In this document: positions 29,456-40,075 of the stretch, in pieces | Layout of the letters: each line of letters opens with the position of its first letter | Numbering within the stretch: position 1 is the stretch's first letter | Assembly: GCA_965224245.1 (NCBI GenBank) | Contig: OZ245046.1 | Location: forward strand, 672,001 to 736,000 | Direction: 5' to 3' | Source of the DNA: Candidatus Eiseniibacteriota bacterium | GTDB lineage: Bacteria; Eisenbacteria; RBG-16-71-46; CAZAMP01 | DNA length: 64,000 nt | The notes under the pieces: generated by a model | Database searches by the model: none | What the model was told of the DNA's origin: nothing | Seen by the model: the letters and a program-made list of their open reading frames with translations, nothing else | Program-made: the position numbers and the translations under genes

Positions 29456-31065
29456 CGCCGGATCAGCGCGTTCGTCGAGCTGTCGTGGGCGAGCGACGGC
29501 TCGTCCGGGCGCTCCAGCTCGGTCACGATGCGCTGCGCCAGCACCTTCCCCAGCTCGACGCCCCACTGGTCGAACGAGTTGACGTCCCAGACGACCCCCT
29601 GCGTGAAGACGCTGTGCTCGTACAGGGCGACCAGCGCGCCCAGCGTGTTCGGGGTCAGGCGCTCCATCAGGAGCATGTTGGAGGGGCGGTTGCCGTCGAA
29701 CACCCGGTGCGGCACCTGGGGCTCGGGTACGCCCTCGGCCCGCACCTGGTCGGGCGTCTTGCCGAAGGCCAGGGCCTCCGCCTGGGCGAGCACGTTGGCG
29801 ATCAGGAGATCGTGATGGCGTCCACCGGGGTTCAGGGATCGTGCGAACGCGATGAAGTCGCACGGGACGAGGTGCGTCCCCTGGTGCAAGAGCTGGTAGA
29901 ACGAGTGCTGTCCGTTCGTGCCCGGCTCGCCCCACACGACCGGTCCGGTCGCGTAGTCCACCCGGGAGCCGGCGTGGGTCACGGACTTGCCGTTGCTCTC
30001 CATGGCCAGCTGCTGGAGGTAGGCGGGGAAGCGGTCCAGGTACTGATCGTACGGGAGCACCGCGACCGTCGGCGCGCCGAAGAAGTCGGTGTACCAGATC
30101 GTCAACAGGCCCATCAGGACGGGCAGGTTTTGCTCGAACGGCGCGGTCCGAAAGTGCTCGTCCATCGCGTGGAACCCGGCGAGCATCTCGCGGAACCGAT
30201 CCGCCCCGACGGCCAGCATCGTCGACAGCCCGATCGCGGAGTCCATCGAGTAGCGGCCGCCGACCCAGTCCCAGAAGCCGAACACGTTGTCGGCATCGAT
30301 CCCGAACGCGGCGACGGCGTCGGCGTTCGTGGAGACCGCCACGAAGTGCCGCGAGACGGCGCCCTCGTCGAGGTCGGTTGCCGCGAGCAGCCACTCGCGT
30401 GCCGACCGCGCGTTCGTCATGGTCTCGAGCGTCGTGAACGTCTTCGATGACACGACGAACAGCGTCTCGGCGGGATCCAGATCCGCCAGCGCCTCGGCGA
30501 GGTCGGTCCGGTCGACGTTCGACACGAACCGGAACGCGAGCCGCCGATCGGCGTAGCGCCGAAGCGCACCGGTCGCCATCACCGGTCCCAGGTCCGATCC
30601 GCCGATCCCGATGTTGACGACGTTCCGGATGCGTTTGCCGGTGTGCCCCGTCCAGCGCCCGTCGCGGACCCGATCGGTGAACGCGGCCATCCGGTCGAGC
30701 ACGGCGTGCACGTCCGGCACCACGTTCCGGCCGTCCACGACGATCGAGGCGCCCGCGGGCGCGCGCAGCGCGACGTGCAAGGCGGCACGCCCCTCGGTGG
30801 AGTTGATCTTCTCCCCGGCGAACATGGACTCGATGCGGTCACGCAGTTCGCACTGTCCGGCCAGCTCCACGAGGAGGCGCACCGTGTCGTCGGTGATCCG
30901 GTTCTTGGAGTAGTCGAGGTGAATGCCCGCCGCCTCCACCGACATGCGCGACGCGCGGTCGGGGTCCGCGGCGAACAGGTCGCGGAGATGGAGGTCCTTC
31001 GCTCGCCGGTACTCGGCCTCGAGTGAGATCCATGCGGGTCGCTGGCGAAGCGGCGAAGGCGTCAT
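29422..31065 (-). CDS. pgi: Glucose-6-phosphate isomerase
   Basis: [47 protein letters not shown] and [10 protein letters not shown]. Confidence 0.98.
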   Translation of the reverse strand: MTPSPLRQRPAWISLEAEYRRAKDLHLRDLFAADPDRASRMSVEAAGIHLDYSKNRITDDTVRLLVELAGQCELRDRIESMFAGEKINSTEGRAALHVALRAPAGASIVVDGRNVVPDVHAVLDRMAAFTDRVRDGRWTGHTGKRIRNVVNIGIGGSDLGPVMATGALRRYADRRLAFRFVSNVDRTDLAEALADLDPAETLFVVSSKTFTTLETMTNARSAREWLLAATDLDEGAVSRHFVAVSTNADAVAAFGIDADNVFGFWDWVGGRYSMDSAIGLSTMLAVGADRFREMLAGFHAMDEHFRTAPFEQNLPVLMGLLTIWYTDFFGAPTVAVLPYDQYLDRFPAYLQQLAMESNGKSVTHAGSRVDYATGPVVWGEPGTNGQHSFYQLLHQGTHLVPCDFIAFARSLNPGGRHHDLLIANVLAQAEALAFGKTPDQVRAEGVPEPQVPHRVFDGNRPSNMLLMERLTPNTLGALVALYEHSVFTQGVVWDVNSFDQWGVELGKVLAQRIVTELERPDEPSLAHDSSTNALIRRYRALKSTSSR

Positions 31066-31154
31066 CTCGTCTCTTCCTCGTGTCGTGGGTATCCGCGATG
31101 CGTCGCGCACGCCGGGGCATCACGCCGGTCGACGCGATCCTCCGGGGCGCGGAC

Positions 31155-31196
31155 GGCGCTCGGCGGCGGCGTGCCGGCGCACCGCCGCCGAGTGTC
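31155..31196 (-). terminator. Strong GC hairpin between the FmdB-like gene and pgi
   Basis: GGCGCTCGGCGGCGG...CCGCCGCCGAGTGTC inverted repeat right after the FmdB-like stop. No U-tract. Confidence 0.35.
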
Positions 31197-31198
31197 GA

Positions 31199-31363
31199 TC
31201 AGCTCTTCTTCGACGTGTGGACCTGGATGTTGGACCAGACCCGATCCAGGTTCTTGCTCTTGCACTTCGGGCAGGCGGGCTTCGTCTTCTCGTGCTCGGA
31301 GAGCGTCTGGATCAGCTCGAACTTCTTGCGGCAATCGCGGCACACGTAAGCGTAGGTGGGCAT
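31199..31363 (-). CDS. FmdB-family zinc-ribbon protein (54 aa)
   Basis: MPTYAYVCRDCRKKFE...CPKCKS. CAGGAGG RBS. It is the tail of the 31199..33148 ORF in the track. Confidence 0.9.
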   Translation of the reverse strand: MPTYAYVCRDCRKKFELIQTLSEHEKTKPACPKCKSKNLDRVWSNIQVHTSKKS

Positions 31364-31443
31364 GGCACAAACCTCCTGTTCGAGACCACGCGATAGAGAG
31401 TACCCCTCCGAGGGAGCGGGTGAAAGCCGGTCCCGACGCCCGG

Positions 31444-33633
31444 TCACCGCACGTGCACGATCCGCGTTCGGAGCTCCCCGCGACCCACGAAGTACACGCC
31501 GTTGGGTACGCGAATCCCCTGGTGCAGCGAGAGGTAGCTCCAGCGGCCGCGACCGCGTCCCGGGCCCACCGGATCGATGCGGACGATCGCCACGCGCCGG
31601 CCGTCCGCCGCGTACACCGGCAGTGAGGGGGGGAGAGGTCCCGGCGTCTCCACCGACAGCGTCGTCCAGCCCGTGCCCACGGTCGGGAACGCCCGGAGCA
31701 CGCCGGCCGTTGGCGGCGGCGTCTGGGGCCGGAGGTCCCTGCGCGTCGCCCGTTCGATCAGGTTTCGCGTCACCTGCTGCACCTCGGGATCCACGGAGAG
31801 GCCCCAGCACCAGCCCGTCGTCCCGCCGCTGAACAGGATCCCGCCGGCCGGCAGCGTCGCGATCACCATGAGCGCGTTTCCGGGCTCGTCGGTGTAGTAG
31901 TTGTCGCATGCGCTGTGGCCCAGCACGTGAGCGGGAGGCGTCCGGGGATCGGACCAGGCCAGCTCGGGCACCCCATCGGTGAACGTGAGCGGGCCGCCAT
32001 CGACCTCGTACCCGACGATGGCCTGTGCTCTGCCGAACGTGTCGCCGTCGCGGAGACCGGTGCCGTCGAAGACCCAGTGGCCGGCGTCGGTGACGGCATA
32101 ACCGCCGTAGCCGTCGAACCAGTCGAACTCGGTGTCGTCGGGGATCGCCGACCCGCTGGACCAGTTCACGTTGCCGCCATGGCGCCAGCTGAGGGCCGTG
32201 GCGAGCTCGGGGGGGCGCGGCGTCGGGAGCTCGTCCCACAGCCCGGTGACCTGCTTCGGATCGACGAGATGGTAAGGGTCCTGGTCGACCCGGTTCTTGT
32301 AGCACACGAGTCGTTCGCTGGACCCCAGGTCCACCGGATCGCGGTCGCCGGCGAGGCGGGTCTGCCACCACATCGTGTTTCCGGAGAAGCACAGGAGCGA
32401 TCCGCCGTTCGCGAGGAACGACTCGAGCGTGTTCCGCATCCGGCCGGTCCAGTACTCGCTGTGCCAGGTCAGAACGATCGCGCGATAGTGACGGAAGATG
32501 GTGTCGTCGTGGTGGAGATCGTGGTCGGAGAACACCCCCGCCCGGATGCCTTCGCGGTGGAGCCATCGCACCAGGTGCACGGGTGTGTGATAGAAGCCCA
32601 GGTAGCGGTGCTGGGTGGGGCGCTCGAAGCTGACCTCGTGGGTCCGGGTGGGCGGTGAGCCGTAGAAGTTCTTGCCGCCCCAGGCGTTGTAGGCCTGGTC
32701 GGTGTGCGTTGGGATGACCACGGCGAGGTCGCCATCGCGGCCGTTCCCCGAGACGATCATCGTCTCCCACGTCGAGCGCTCGCCGTCGTCGACCACCACG
32801 GTGTAGACCCCCGACGGCCAGTCGTCGCCCACGGGAATGGACACGCTCACCGGCCAGGCGCATCCGGCGCTGGAGACGTTCTCCGGGACCGGCTGCTCGA
32901 CGAGGCCGCGCATCGTGCCGCGCCACACGACCCGGGGTGCCTCGCCCTCGTACCGCACCTCGACGGCGGCCGTGGGGCGGGTGGCGGACGCGTGAAGAGC
33001 GACCGGTGTTCCGGCGGTCACCGATGTCGGCCGGAGATAGAAATCCAGCGTCTCCAGCTCTCCGCCGAGCCGGAGGCGCACGTCGTCCAGCCAGAATCGC
33101 CCCTGGCGCAGGACGCGAGAGGCGTGGAGACCGAACGACAGGTAGCACCGCCCGGCGCCATCACCGAGCCGCGGGTTGAAGCGGACCCGGTACGTGCGGA
33201 ACGACGGCGCGAGCCGGCCCACGAGCTGCAAGAGCGGCGCCCGACCGGCCCACTCCCCGCTCGTCGTCTGATAGATGACGTCCACTTGAAACGGGGAGTC
33301 GGGCATCTCCACCTTCAACGTGAAGGTGGCCTCGTAGACCGCATTCATCGAAGGCAGCTGGACCGAGGGGGAGGCCAGACGGTAGTGGAGCGTGACCGGC
33401 GGAGCGTCCACGCGCACCGACGGTGCCTCGGCTCCGTACACCCGCGGCGCCCGTGAGACCTGGAAGTAGTCGACGGCCGCGTCGGGCTCCTTCCGCCAGC
33501 CCGGCGCCAGTCCGGTCTCGGGGTCGGCATCGACGAACGACTCGTTCAGGAGGACCTGTGCCGACAGGGGCTCGGTCGCGATGGTGACGGAGAGGATCAG
33601 GACACCCACGAGGCACGTAGAGGGCGAGCGCAT
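31444..33633 (-). CDS. Secreted N,N-dimethylformamidase large-subunit-like protein with N-terminal beta-sandwich and degenerate CTD
   Basis: T.QAYN.WGGK..Y, VSFERP, HSEYW..MR, FSGNT.WWQ, GYEVDG and FSGGT..W. Signal peptide from MRSPST. ADGRRV...PNGVYFV tail. Confidence 0.8.
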   Translation of the reverse strand: MRSPSTCLVGVLILSVTIATEPLSAQVLLNESFVDADPETGLAPGWRKEPDAAVDYFQVSRAPRVYGAEAPSVRVDAPPVTLHYRLASPSVQLPSMNAVYEATFTLKVEMPDSPFQVDVIYQTTSGEWAGRAPLLQLVGRLAPSFRTYRVRFNPRLGDGAGRCYLSFGLHASRVLRQGRFWLDDVRLRLGGELETLDFYLRPTSVTAGTPVALHASATRPTAAVEVRYEGEAPRVVWRGTMRGLVEQPVPENVSSAGCAWPVSVSIPVGDDWPSGVYTVVVDDGERSTWETMIVSGNGRDGDLAVVIPTHTDQAYNAWGGKNFYGSPPTRTHEVSFERPTQHRYLGFYHTPVHLVRWLHREGIRAGVFSDHDLHHDDTIFRHYRAIVLTWHSEYWTGRMRNTLESFLANGGSLLCFSGNTMWWQTRLAGDRDPVDLGSSERLVCYKNRVDQDPYHLVDPKQVTGLWDELPTPRPPELATALSWRHGGNVNWSSGSAIPDDTEFDWFDGYGGYAVTDAGHWVFDGTGLRDGDTFGRAQAIVGYEVDGGPLTFTDGVPELAWSDPRTPPAHVLGHSACDNYYTDEPGNALMVIATLPAGGILFSGGTTGWCWGLSVDPEVQQVTRNLIERATRRDLRPQTPPPTAGVLRAFPTVGTGWTTLSVETPGPLPPSLPVYAADGRRVAIVRIDPVGPGRGRGRWSYLSLHQGIRVPNGVYFVGRGELRTRIVHVR

Positions 33634-33882
33634 ACCGCCTCCAGCTGAGAGATGGGTCTGTTCGCGGAGGGGTACGACCGGAGAATAGCCGGCGGGGGCT
33701 CGAGGTTCCAGCTTTCGACGCCGTGAGGCGTCCGTGCGTCGATGCCACGCATGGGGCGTCTGGCGACCGAGCCCGAGAAACTTCCGGACCCCGTTCCAAC
33801 CTTCTGGTCGCCGGGGGAGTCCTACCTGATGACATCGCCGGAGCATCGACTCGCACCACCCTCGAACCCGGAGCTGAATACA

Positions 33883-36591
33883 ATGCCATTCCGACCCGCG
33901 TTCGTCGCCGGAGTCCGCATGCGCGTCGCGCTCGCCGCCGTCCTGCTGGCCGGTGCGGCGACGTCGGTCGACGCCGAGAAACGAGATGGACCTCCATCCC
34001 CCACCATGGCTCCCCCCGTGATCTCCAGCACCATCCGCGCGTTCCGACTCTCCTCGGACGTGCGGATCGACGGCGTGCTCGACGACGCGGCCTGGAAGCG
34101 TGCCCCCAACGACGGTCTCGTGCAGCACGAGCCGAGCAACGGCGCCAGGCCGATCCACCGGACCGACTGGTGGATTGCGTACGACGACGACGCCTTGTAC
34201 GCCGCGTTCCGCTGCTACGACTCGGCGCCGGACTCCATCGACACGTCGGTGGGTCGTCGCGACGCGTCGCTCCTGACCGACGAGGTGTACCTGGAGCTGG
34301 ACACGTTCAACGACGATCGGAACGGCTACCTGTTCGTGGCCGGAGCGGGCGGATACTTCCTGGACGCGGTCCTGTACAACGACGGCTGGTGGGACAGCTC
34401 CTGGGATGCGGTCTGGTCCACCGCGTCGGAGGTCGACCGGGAGGGGTGGTGCGCCGAGATGCGCATCCCGTTCTCCCAGCTCGCGTTCGCGCCCGGGGAC
34501 GAGCAGGTCTGGGGCGTCAACGTCGTTCGCAACTGCAAGCGCCTCCAGTCCACCGACTATCTCTTCCACAAGCCCCGCAACGAGTCGGGGTACGTGAGCC
34601 GATACCCGGACCTCGTGGGCATCTCGGGCATCGCACCGCCGTCGAACCGCGAGGGCACCATCTACGGGGCGAGCAAGGGCGAGTACCTGAGCGCCGAGGA
34701 TGGCGATCCGTTCAACGACGGCTCCGAGTACGCCGCCGACGTGGGCGGCGACCTGAAGTGGGGGCTCACGTCGAACCTCACGCTGAACGCGACGATCAAC
34801 CCGGACTTCGGGCAGGTCGAGGTGGATCCGGCGGTCGTCAACCTGTCGAACTTCGAGACCTTCTTCCCGGAGAAGCGACCGTTCTTCGTCCAGGACGCGA
34901 ACACGTTCCGCTTCGGTCGGGACGGCACCGCCAGCAACTGGGGCTTCAACTGGACCGATCCGATGCTCTTCTACAGCCGCCGGATCGGGCGCGCTCCCCA
35001 GCTCCGGGTAACGGGCGATGCCGACCACGTGAGAACGCCGCACGGCACGACCATCCTGGGAGCGGCCAAGGTCACCGGCAAGGTCGGTGGCACCTCGCTC
35101 GGCGTGCTGAGCGCGCTCACCGGCCGCGAGCACCACGACCTCGCGCTGGGAGACGGGCGCTCGCGCGAGCTCGCCGAGCCGCTGACGAGCTACAACCTCG
35201 TACGCGCCACCCGCACGTCCGACGCGTCGACGCACGCGATCGGCGCGATGTTCACCGGCACCGAGCGCGACCTGAGCGATGCCAGGAGCGTATCCGCGCT
35301 ACCACGCCGCGCCTACGCCGGCGGGGTGGACGGCTGGGCACGTCTCGACGACGACGGCGTGTGGGCCATGCGCGGGTACGTGGCCGGGAGCTGGATCGAG
35401 GGCGACGCCGATGCGATCGCCGCCCGCCAGCGCTCGTCGCTCCGGTACCTGCACCGGCCCGACGCCGACCATCTCGACTACGATCCGTCGCGCACGTCGC
35501 TGTCCGGATGGTCCTCGCGGGTCATGCTGAACAAGCAGAAGGGTGACTACTCGCTCAACACCGCGATCGGCGCGACGTCTCCTGGCTTCGAGGTCTCGGA
35601 TCTGGGCTTCCAGGGCCGAGGCGACATCGTCAACACCCACCTGGCGGTGGGCCGGAGCTGGGACGAGCCTCGCGGTGTTCTCCGCAGCCGGAACGTGAAC
35701 CTGCACACGTACTGGACGTGGGACTTCTCGGGCCTACACACCGGGGGCGGCGCCGGAGCCAGCTTCTGGACCGAGTTCACGAACTACTGGTCCGTGAACG
35801 GTGGCGTCTTCTACAACCCCGAGCGCAACAACACCACCATCACCCGTGGCGGGCCGGTGCTCCGCCGGCCGATCAACCGCGAGTTCAACGTCGGCTTCTC
35901 CAGCGACCGGCGAAAGGCCTGGCGGCTGTCGGGGTTCGGCTTCGGCAGCTGGGGCGGACCCGGCGAGTCCAGTGCGTACGCCGAGCTCGGCGTCGAGGTG
36001 AAGCCAACGAGCGCCCTCAAGCTGTCGGTGAGCCCGGGGTACACCTGGGAGCACAACACCTCCCAGTACGTGGACACGATCGAGGACGCGGCGGCCACGT
36101 CGACGTTCGGCAGCCGGTATCTCTTCGCCGACCTCGAGTACGTCGAGGCGTCGATGACGTTCCGCGTGGACTGGTCGTTCACGCCGAGGCTGACGCTGCA
36201 GTCGTACGTCCAGCCGCTGATCGCGGTCGGGGACTATCGCGGACTGAAGCAGTTCGCCGAGCCGGGCACGTTCGACTTCGACGTCTACGGGGAGACTCCG
36301 GGGTCGTCGATCTCCCACGAGCCGGGTGCCGAGTACGAGATCGATCCCGGCGACGGCGGCGACACGTTCACCGTGCGGGACCCCGACTTCAACTTCAAGT
36401 CGATCCGCCTGAATACCGTGCTGCGCTGGGAGTACAGCCCGGGCTCGACGTTCTATCTCGTCTGGACCCGCAACGGCACCAACTTCGACCACGCCGGTCA
36501 GTTCGACCTGGGTCGCGACGTCGGCGATCTGATGAACGCGCCGGGCGACGACGTGCTCCTGGTCAAGGTGACCCGCTGGTTCGATTTCTAG
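33883..36591 (+). CDS. DUF5916-type protein (CBM9-like domain + outer-membrane beta-barrel)
   Basis: IDGVLDD.AW, W.AEMRIPFSQL, TINPDFGQVE.D, F.EKRPFF and FYSRRIG motifs, C-terminal Phe. Alternative start at 33919. Confidence 0.85.
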   Translation: MPFRPAFVAGVRMRVALAAVLLAGAATSVDAEKRDGPPSPTMAPPVISSTIRAFRLSSDVRIDGVLDDAAWKRAPNDGLVQHEPSNGARPIHRTDWWIAYDDDALYAAFRCYDSAPDSIDTSVGRRDASLLTDEVYLELDTFNDDRNGYLFVAGAGGYFLDAVLYNDGWWDSSWDAVWSTASEVDREGWCAEMRIPFSQLAFAPGDEQVWGVNVVRNCKRLQSTDYLFHKPRNESGYVSRYPDLVGISGIAPPSNREGTIYGASKGEYLSAEDGDPFNDGSEYAADVGGDLKWGLTSNLTLNATINPDFGQVEVDPAVVNLSNFETFFPEKRPFFVQDANTFRFGRDGTASNWGFNWTDPMLFYSRRIGRAPQLRVTGDADHVRTPHGTTILGAAKVTGKVGGTSLGVLSALTGREHHDLALGDGRSRELAEPLTSYNLVRATRTSDASTHAIGAMFTGTERDLSDARSVSALPRRAYAGGVDGWARLDDDGVWAMRGYVAGSWIEGDADAIAARQRSSLRYLHRPDADHLDYDPSRTSLSGWSSRVMLNKQKGDYSLNTAIGATSPGFEVSDLGFQGRGDIVNTHLAVGRSWDEPRGVLRSRNVNLHTYWTWDFSGLHTGGGAGASFWTEFTNYWSVNGGVFYNPERNNTTITRGGPVLRRPINREFNVGFSSDRRKAWRLSGFGFGSWGGPGESSAYAELGVEVKPTSALKLSVSPGYTWEHNTSQYVDTIEDAAATSTFGSRYLFADLEYVEASMTFRVDWSFTPRLTLQSYVQPLIAVGDYRGLKQFAEPGTFDFDVYGETPGSSISHEPGAEYEIDPGDGGDTFTVRDPDFNFKSIRLNTVLRWEYSPGSTFYLVWTRNGTNFDHAGQFDLGRDVGDLMNAPGDDVLLVKVTRWFDF

Positions 36592-36685
36592 AACGGATCC
36601 GGGGCGCCGTCGCCCATCGGCGTGACGGCGCCCGCGCGGAGCCCGGCCGCGCCCGACTCCCTTCGGGTCGACGCGTCGCCCGACG

Positions 36686-37468
36686 TCATCGAGGCAGCAC
36701 GGTGAGTCGCGCCGTCTCGTTTCCAGACGCTCGGATCAGGCGGGCGAAGTAGACGCCGGGCGCCCAGCGCACGGCCCGATGCGAGCATCGCCGGCGGACT
36801 CGTCACGCCGGAGACAGGGACCGACACGGGGTCCTGGAAGACCAGCCCGAGATAGAAATGGCGGTCGTCCCGGTGTCGAAGCCGTCGGCGTCGATCACGA
36901 GCGCACCCGACGTGAACGTGAACGTGTGGATTCCCGCTTCCAGGACCCCGGAGTCGCCGAACGTGACCATACCCGGCTCGGAGATCCCCCCGGAGAACAC
37001 CGTTCCCGACGGACCGTCGATCCGGAGGTGCGCATTGGCCGCGCCGGCGGTGTTCGCGAAGCCGGAGACGTTGAACTCGGTGAGCGCCGACACGTCGAAG
37101 CTCGCGGTGATGCTGGCGTCCATCCCGGCCTGCGCGGTGGCGTCCGGGTTCTCGGCGTCGCGGATCGCGTGCGCGTTCGTGGATCCGGTCATCAGGATCA
37201 CCTCGGTTCCGACGTCGGAGAACTGCGAGGCGAGCGCGTACGCGGAGGATCCCTCGAGCAGGACCTCCGAATCGTCGAAGAGGTCGAGCGGCCCGGCGAC
37301 GTCCTCGACGGACGTATCGCCGTCGGCGAGGAACTCGATGCCGTCGCTGACCGCGGTCGACGTGCCGACACGCAGGCGGCGTGCTGGACGAACGACGTTC
37401 GAGCCCGATCTCGTGCTTCCGACGCGTCGGCGAAGAGGCGGGACTGAGCGTAACGCCATCGATGTCAT
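36686..37468 (-). pseudogene. Frameshifted, internally deleted remnant of a CTD-bearing secreted beta-sandwich protein
   Basis: The main frame ends early. Shifted segments read FYLGLVFQDPVSVP..MLASGRAL and then APGVYFARLIRASGNETARLTVLPR*. No signal peptide. Confidence 0.55.
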
Positions 37469-37669
37469 GGTGTTGTGGCTCGGATGTCACGTGCTCCAGG
37501 GCGAGCTCGCCGCGGTGGGATTCGGATCGCGGGAGCGCCCGCCGGTCGCTCGCGCCACCCGCGCCGCTGCGGAGGCTGCGCCCTCCGGCCGCCGGGCTCC
37601 GTGATACCATCGTTGCTCGAACGGCGTTCCGTCTCTCGTCACTCTCCTCCCAGCCCGGAGCAGCACATC

Positions 37670-39898
37670 ATGCGCGTTCCCGCGTTCGCAGTCCTCTCGG
37701 TGGTCCTCTCCGCGCCCGCGGCCGCGGGCATCGTCATCAACGAGCTCCTCCCGAATCCCGCCGGCGACGACGTCGGAACCGAGCGAGTCGAGATCTACAA
37801 CGACGGGACCGACCCGATCGACGTGACCGGATGGGCCATCGACGACGCGGCGACGATCGACGACGTCAGCGTGCGCGCGCGCCTCCCGGAGGACTTCGAC
37901 ACGTCGGCGTGTTCGAGCAGTCCCGTGATCGGGCCCGGCGAGTTCCGTCTCGTCAAGGGGACCTCGACCGCGGCCTGGCTGAACAACTCCGGTGACGACG
38001 TCTACCTGATCAGCGACCGGACGGCCACGCCGACCGTCGTCGACGTGGTCACGTACCCGAGCGCGAGCTCCGAGGTGGACAACGTGTGGGCCTGCGTCCC
38101 CGACGGATCGCTGAACTTCGACTGGCGGGCGCAGAGCCTCTGCGGATCGAACGGGGGCAGCGGCAACGCGACCGCTCCCGACGCGATCACCGACCTCGGG
38201 GCCGGACCCGGGGCGTTCCCCGGCGAGATCGTGCTCACCTGGACGGCCACCGGAGACGACGGCTCCGCCGGCACGGCGAGCGAGTACGTCATCAAGGTGT
38301 CGGATGCGCCGATCGACGCGGGCAGCTTCGCCGCCGCGACCGACCTCGACTTCTGGCTGCACGAGCCGTTGCCGCAGGAAGCGGGTACGCCGGAGTCGCT
38401 GGTTGTGTCCGGGTTCGACCCGGCCGAGACGTACTTCTTCGCGATCACGGCGGTCGATGACGCGCTCAACGAGAGCCCCGTGTCGAACTCGCCCGGCACG
38501 ATGCCGGCCCCGGGCACGCTCCTCGACACGGACTTCGGTCTCTCCACCTACTTCGGCAACCTCCACTCGCACACGGGCTACTCCGACGGGGAGGACGCAC
38601 CGGCCGACGCATACGAGTACGCACGCTACGATGCGCAGACGCCGCTCGACTTCCTGGCGGTGACCGATCACAACCACTCCGGCGCCGGTCCGATGAGCCC
38701 GGCGCTCTATCAGGCCGGCCTCGCCGCCGCGGCCGCGGCGAACGAGGACGGCGGCTTCGTGGCCATCTACGGGCAGGAGTTCGGGCTGTCGGGGAACGGA
38801 CACGCCAACGTGTTCGAGTCGCCGGTGCTCTTCGGGTGGGAGGGTGGCAACTACGACGTCTTCGTGGCCGAGGGCGACTATGCGGCGCTCTACACCGCGG
38901 CCGTGAGCAACCCGCCGGCGGTGGGCCCGCCGTTGATTCTCTGGTGTCATCCGCAGTCGGGCGACTTCGACGGACTGGCGGTGACCGCCGACTCGCCGTC
39001 GGTCGTGAAGCTCATCTGTCTCGTGAACGGCCCGGCGTTCTCGACCGTGCAGGACGAGTCGGATGTCGGCAACACGGGGTTCGACGACACGTTCCAGGAC
39101 GCGCTTCGTCTCGGGCATCGGGTCTCCCCGACCGGCGACCAGGACAACCACAACGCGAACTGGGGAGCGTCCACGGAGAGCCGGACCGCGGTGCTCGCAT
39201 CCGAGCTCACGAAGTCGGCCATCCTGGAGGCGCTTCACGACGGACACAACTACGCGACGCAGGACCACGACGTCGTCGTGGGGCTCTCGGCCGACGGGCA
39301 CATGATGGGAGAGGCCTTCGTCCGATCCTCCGGGATCCGACTGGCGGTCGAGGTGTCCGACCCCGATCCCGGTGACGGGGTCGATCTGATCGAGCTGTAC
39401 CGGGGTGTGACCGGCGCATCGAACGCGACGCGAGTGGCGTTCAACGTGGGAAACACGCGCTTCGACTGGCGCGAGACCGAGTCCTTCGACCCGGGGACCG
39501 AGGTCCACTACTACGCGCGCATCCGTCAGAGCGACACCCAGCTCATCTGGACCGCGCCGGTCTACGTGACCTACGACGCGGCGCTGGCGACGTCGGATCC
39601 GGACCACGGTCCGGCCGCGAGGCCGCTCCTGGCCGTGCACCCGAATCCGACCGCAGGTGGTACGTCGGTCCAGTTCACGCTGCCGGATGACGACCGCATC
39701 GTGTCGCTGGACGTGCTGGACGTGTCGGGACGGCGGATCCGGCGGCTCGTGGGTGGCGCGCTGCCCCGTGGCGCATACGGCGTCGACTGGGACGGCCGCA
39801 CGCGGTCCGGGACACCGGTCTCACCGGGCATCTACTTCGTCCGTCTCGCATCGTCAGATGGACACACGGCAACGCAACGCGTGACTGTGCTTCGCTGA
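37670..39898 (+). CDS. Secreted lamin-tail + FN3-like + PHP (CehA/McbA-like) metallohydrolase with FlgD-Ig CTD
   Basis: IVINELLPNP..E.VEIYN, LTWTA.GDD, GNLHSHT.YSDG, VTDHNH, GQE, GHAN, D.DNH and HPNP...DVSGRRIR...WDGR..SG...PGIYF. Confidence 0.85.
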   Translation: MRVPAFAVLSVVLSAPAAAGIVINELLPNPAGDDVGTERVEIYNDGTDPIDVTGWAIDDAATIDDVSVRARLPEDFDTSACSSSPVIGPGEFRLVKGTSTAAWLNNSGDDVYLISDRTATPTVVDVVTYPSASSEVDNVWACVPDGSLNFDWRAQSLCGSNGGSGNATAPDAITDLGAGPGAFPGEIVLTWTATGDDGSAGTASEYVIKVSDAPIDAGSFAAATDLDFWLHEPLPQEAGTPESLVVSGFDPAETYFFAITAVDDALNESPVSNSPGTMPAPGTLLDTDFGLSTYFGNLHSHTGYSDGEDAPADAYEYARYDAQTPLDFLAVTDHNHSGAGPMSPALYQAGLAAAAAANEDGGFVAIYGQEFGLSGNGHANVFESPVLFGWEGGNYDVFVAEGDYAALYTAAVSNPPAVGPPLILWCHPQSGDFDGLAVTADSPSVVKLICLVNGPAFSTVQDESDVGNTGFDDTFQDALRLGHRVSPTGDQDNHNANWGASTESRTAVLASELTKSAILEALHDGHNYATQDHDVVVGLSADGHMMGEAFVRSSGIRLAVEVSDPDPGDGVDLIELYRGVTGASNATRVAFNVGNTRFDWRETESFDPGTEVHYYARIRQSDTQLIWTAPVYVTYDAALATSDPDHGPAARPLLAVHPNPTAGGTSVQFTLPDDDRIVSLDVLDVSGRRIRRLVGGALPRGAYGVDWDGRTRSGTPVSPGIYFVRLASSDGHTATQRVTVLR

Positions 39899-40075
39899 TC
39901 GCAGGGCCGGAACGGCCCCACCGCTACCCATACCTGACCGTCGTCCTGCCCGAGCAAGAGCGTAGGCCCGGTTTCCAACCGTGGCCGCATTCGAGTGCAC
40001 CGGTCGTCCGATCTGTGGCATGTTTGCCGCGTATCGGTTTCTGGAGATCCGAGCTGGGCCTCGAGGAGGACTGTC

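Noticed and set aside
33634-35235. N-terminal extension making the DMFase-like ORF 1263 aa
   Set aside because: It is antisense to the DUF5916 gene. An RBS (GGAGG) and signal peptide mark the real start at 33633.
40016-40030. Sigma-54 promoter (TGGCATGTTTGCCGC) before the second cytochrome
   Set aside because: GG-N10-GC spacing fits, but the -12 element is CCGC rather than TTGC; too weak in GC-rich DNA.
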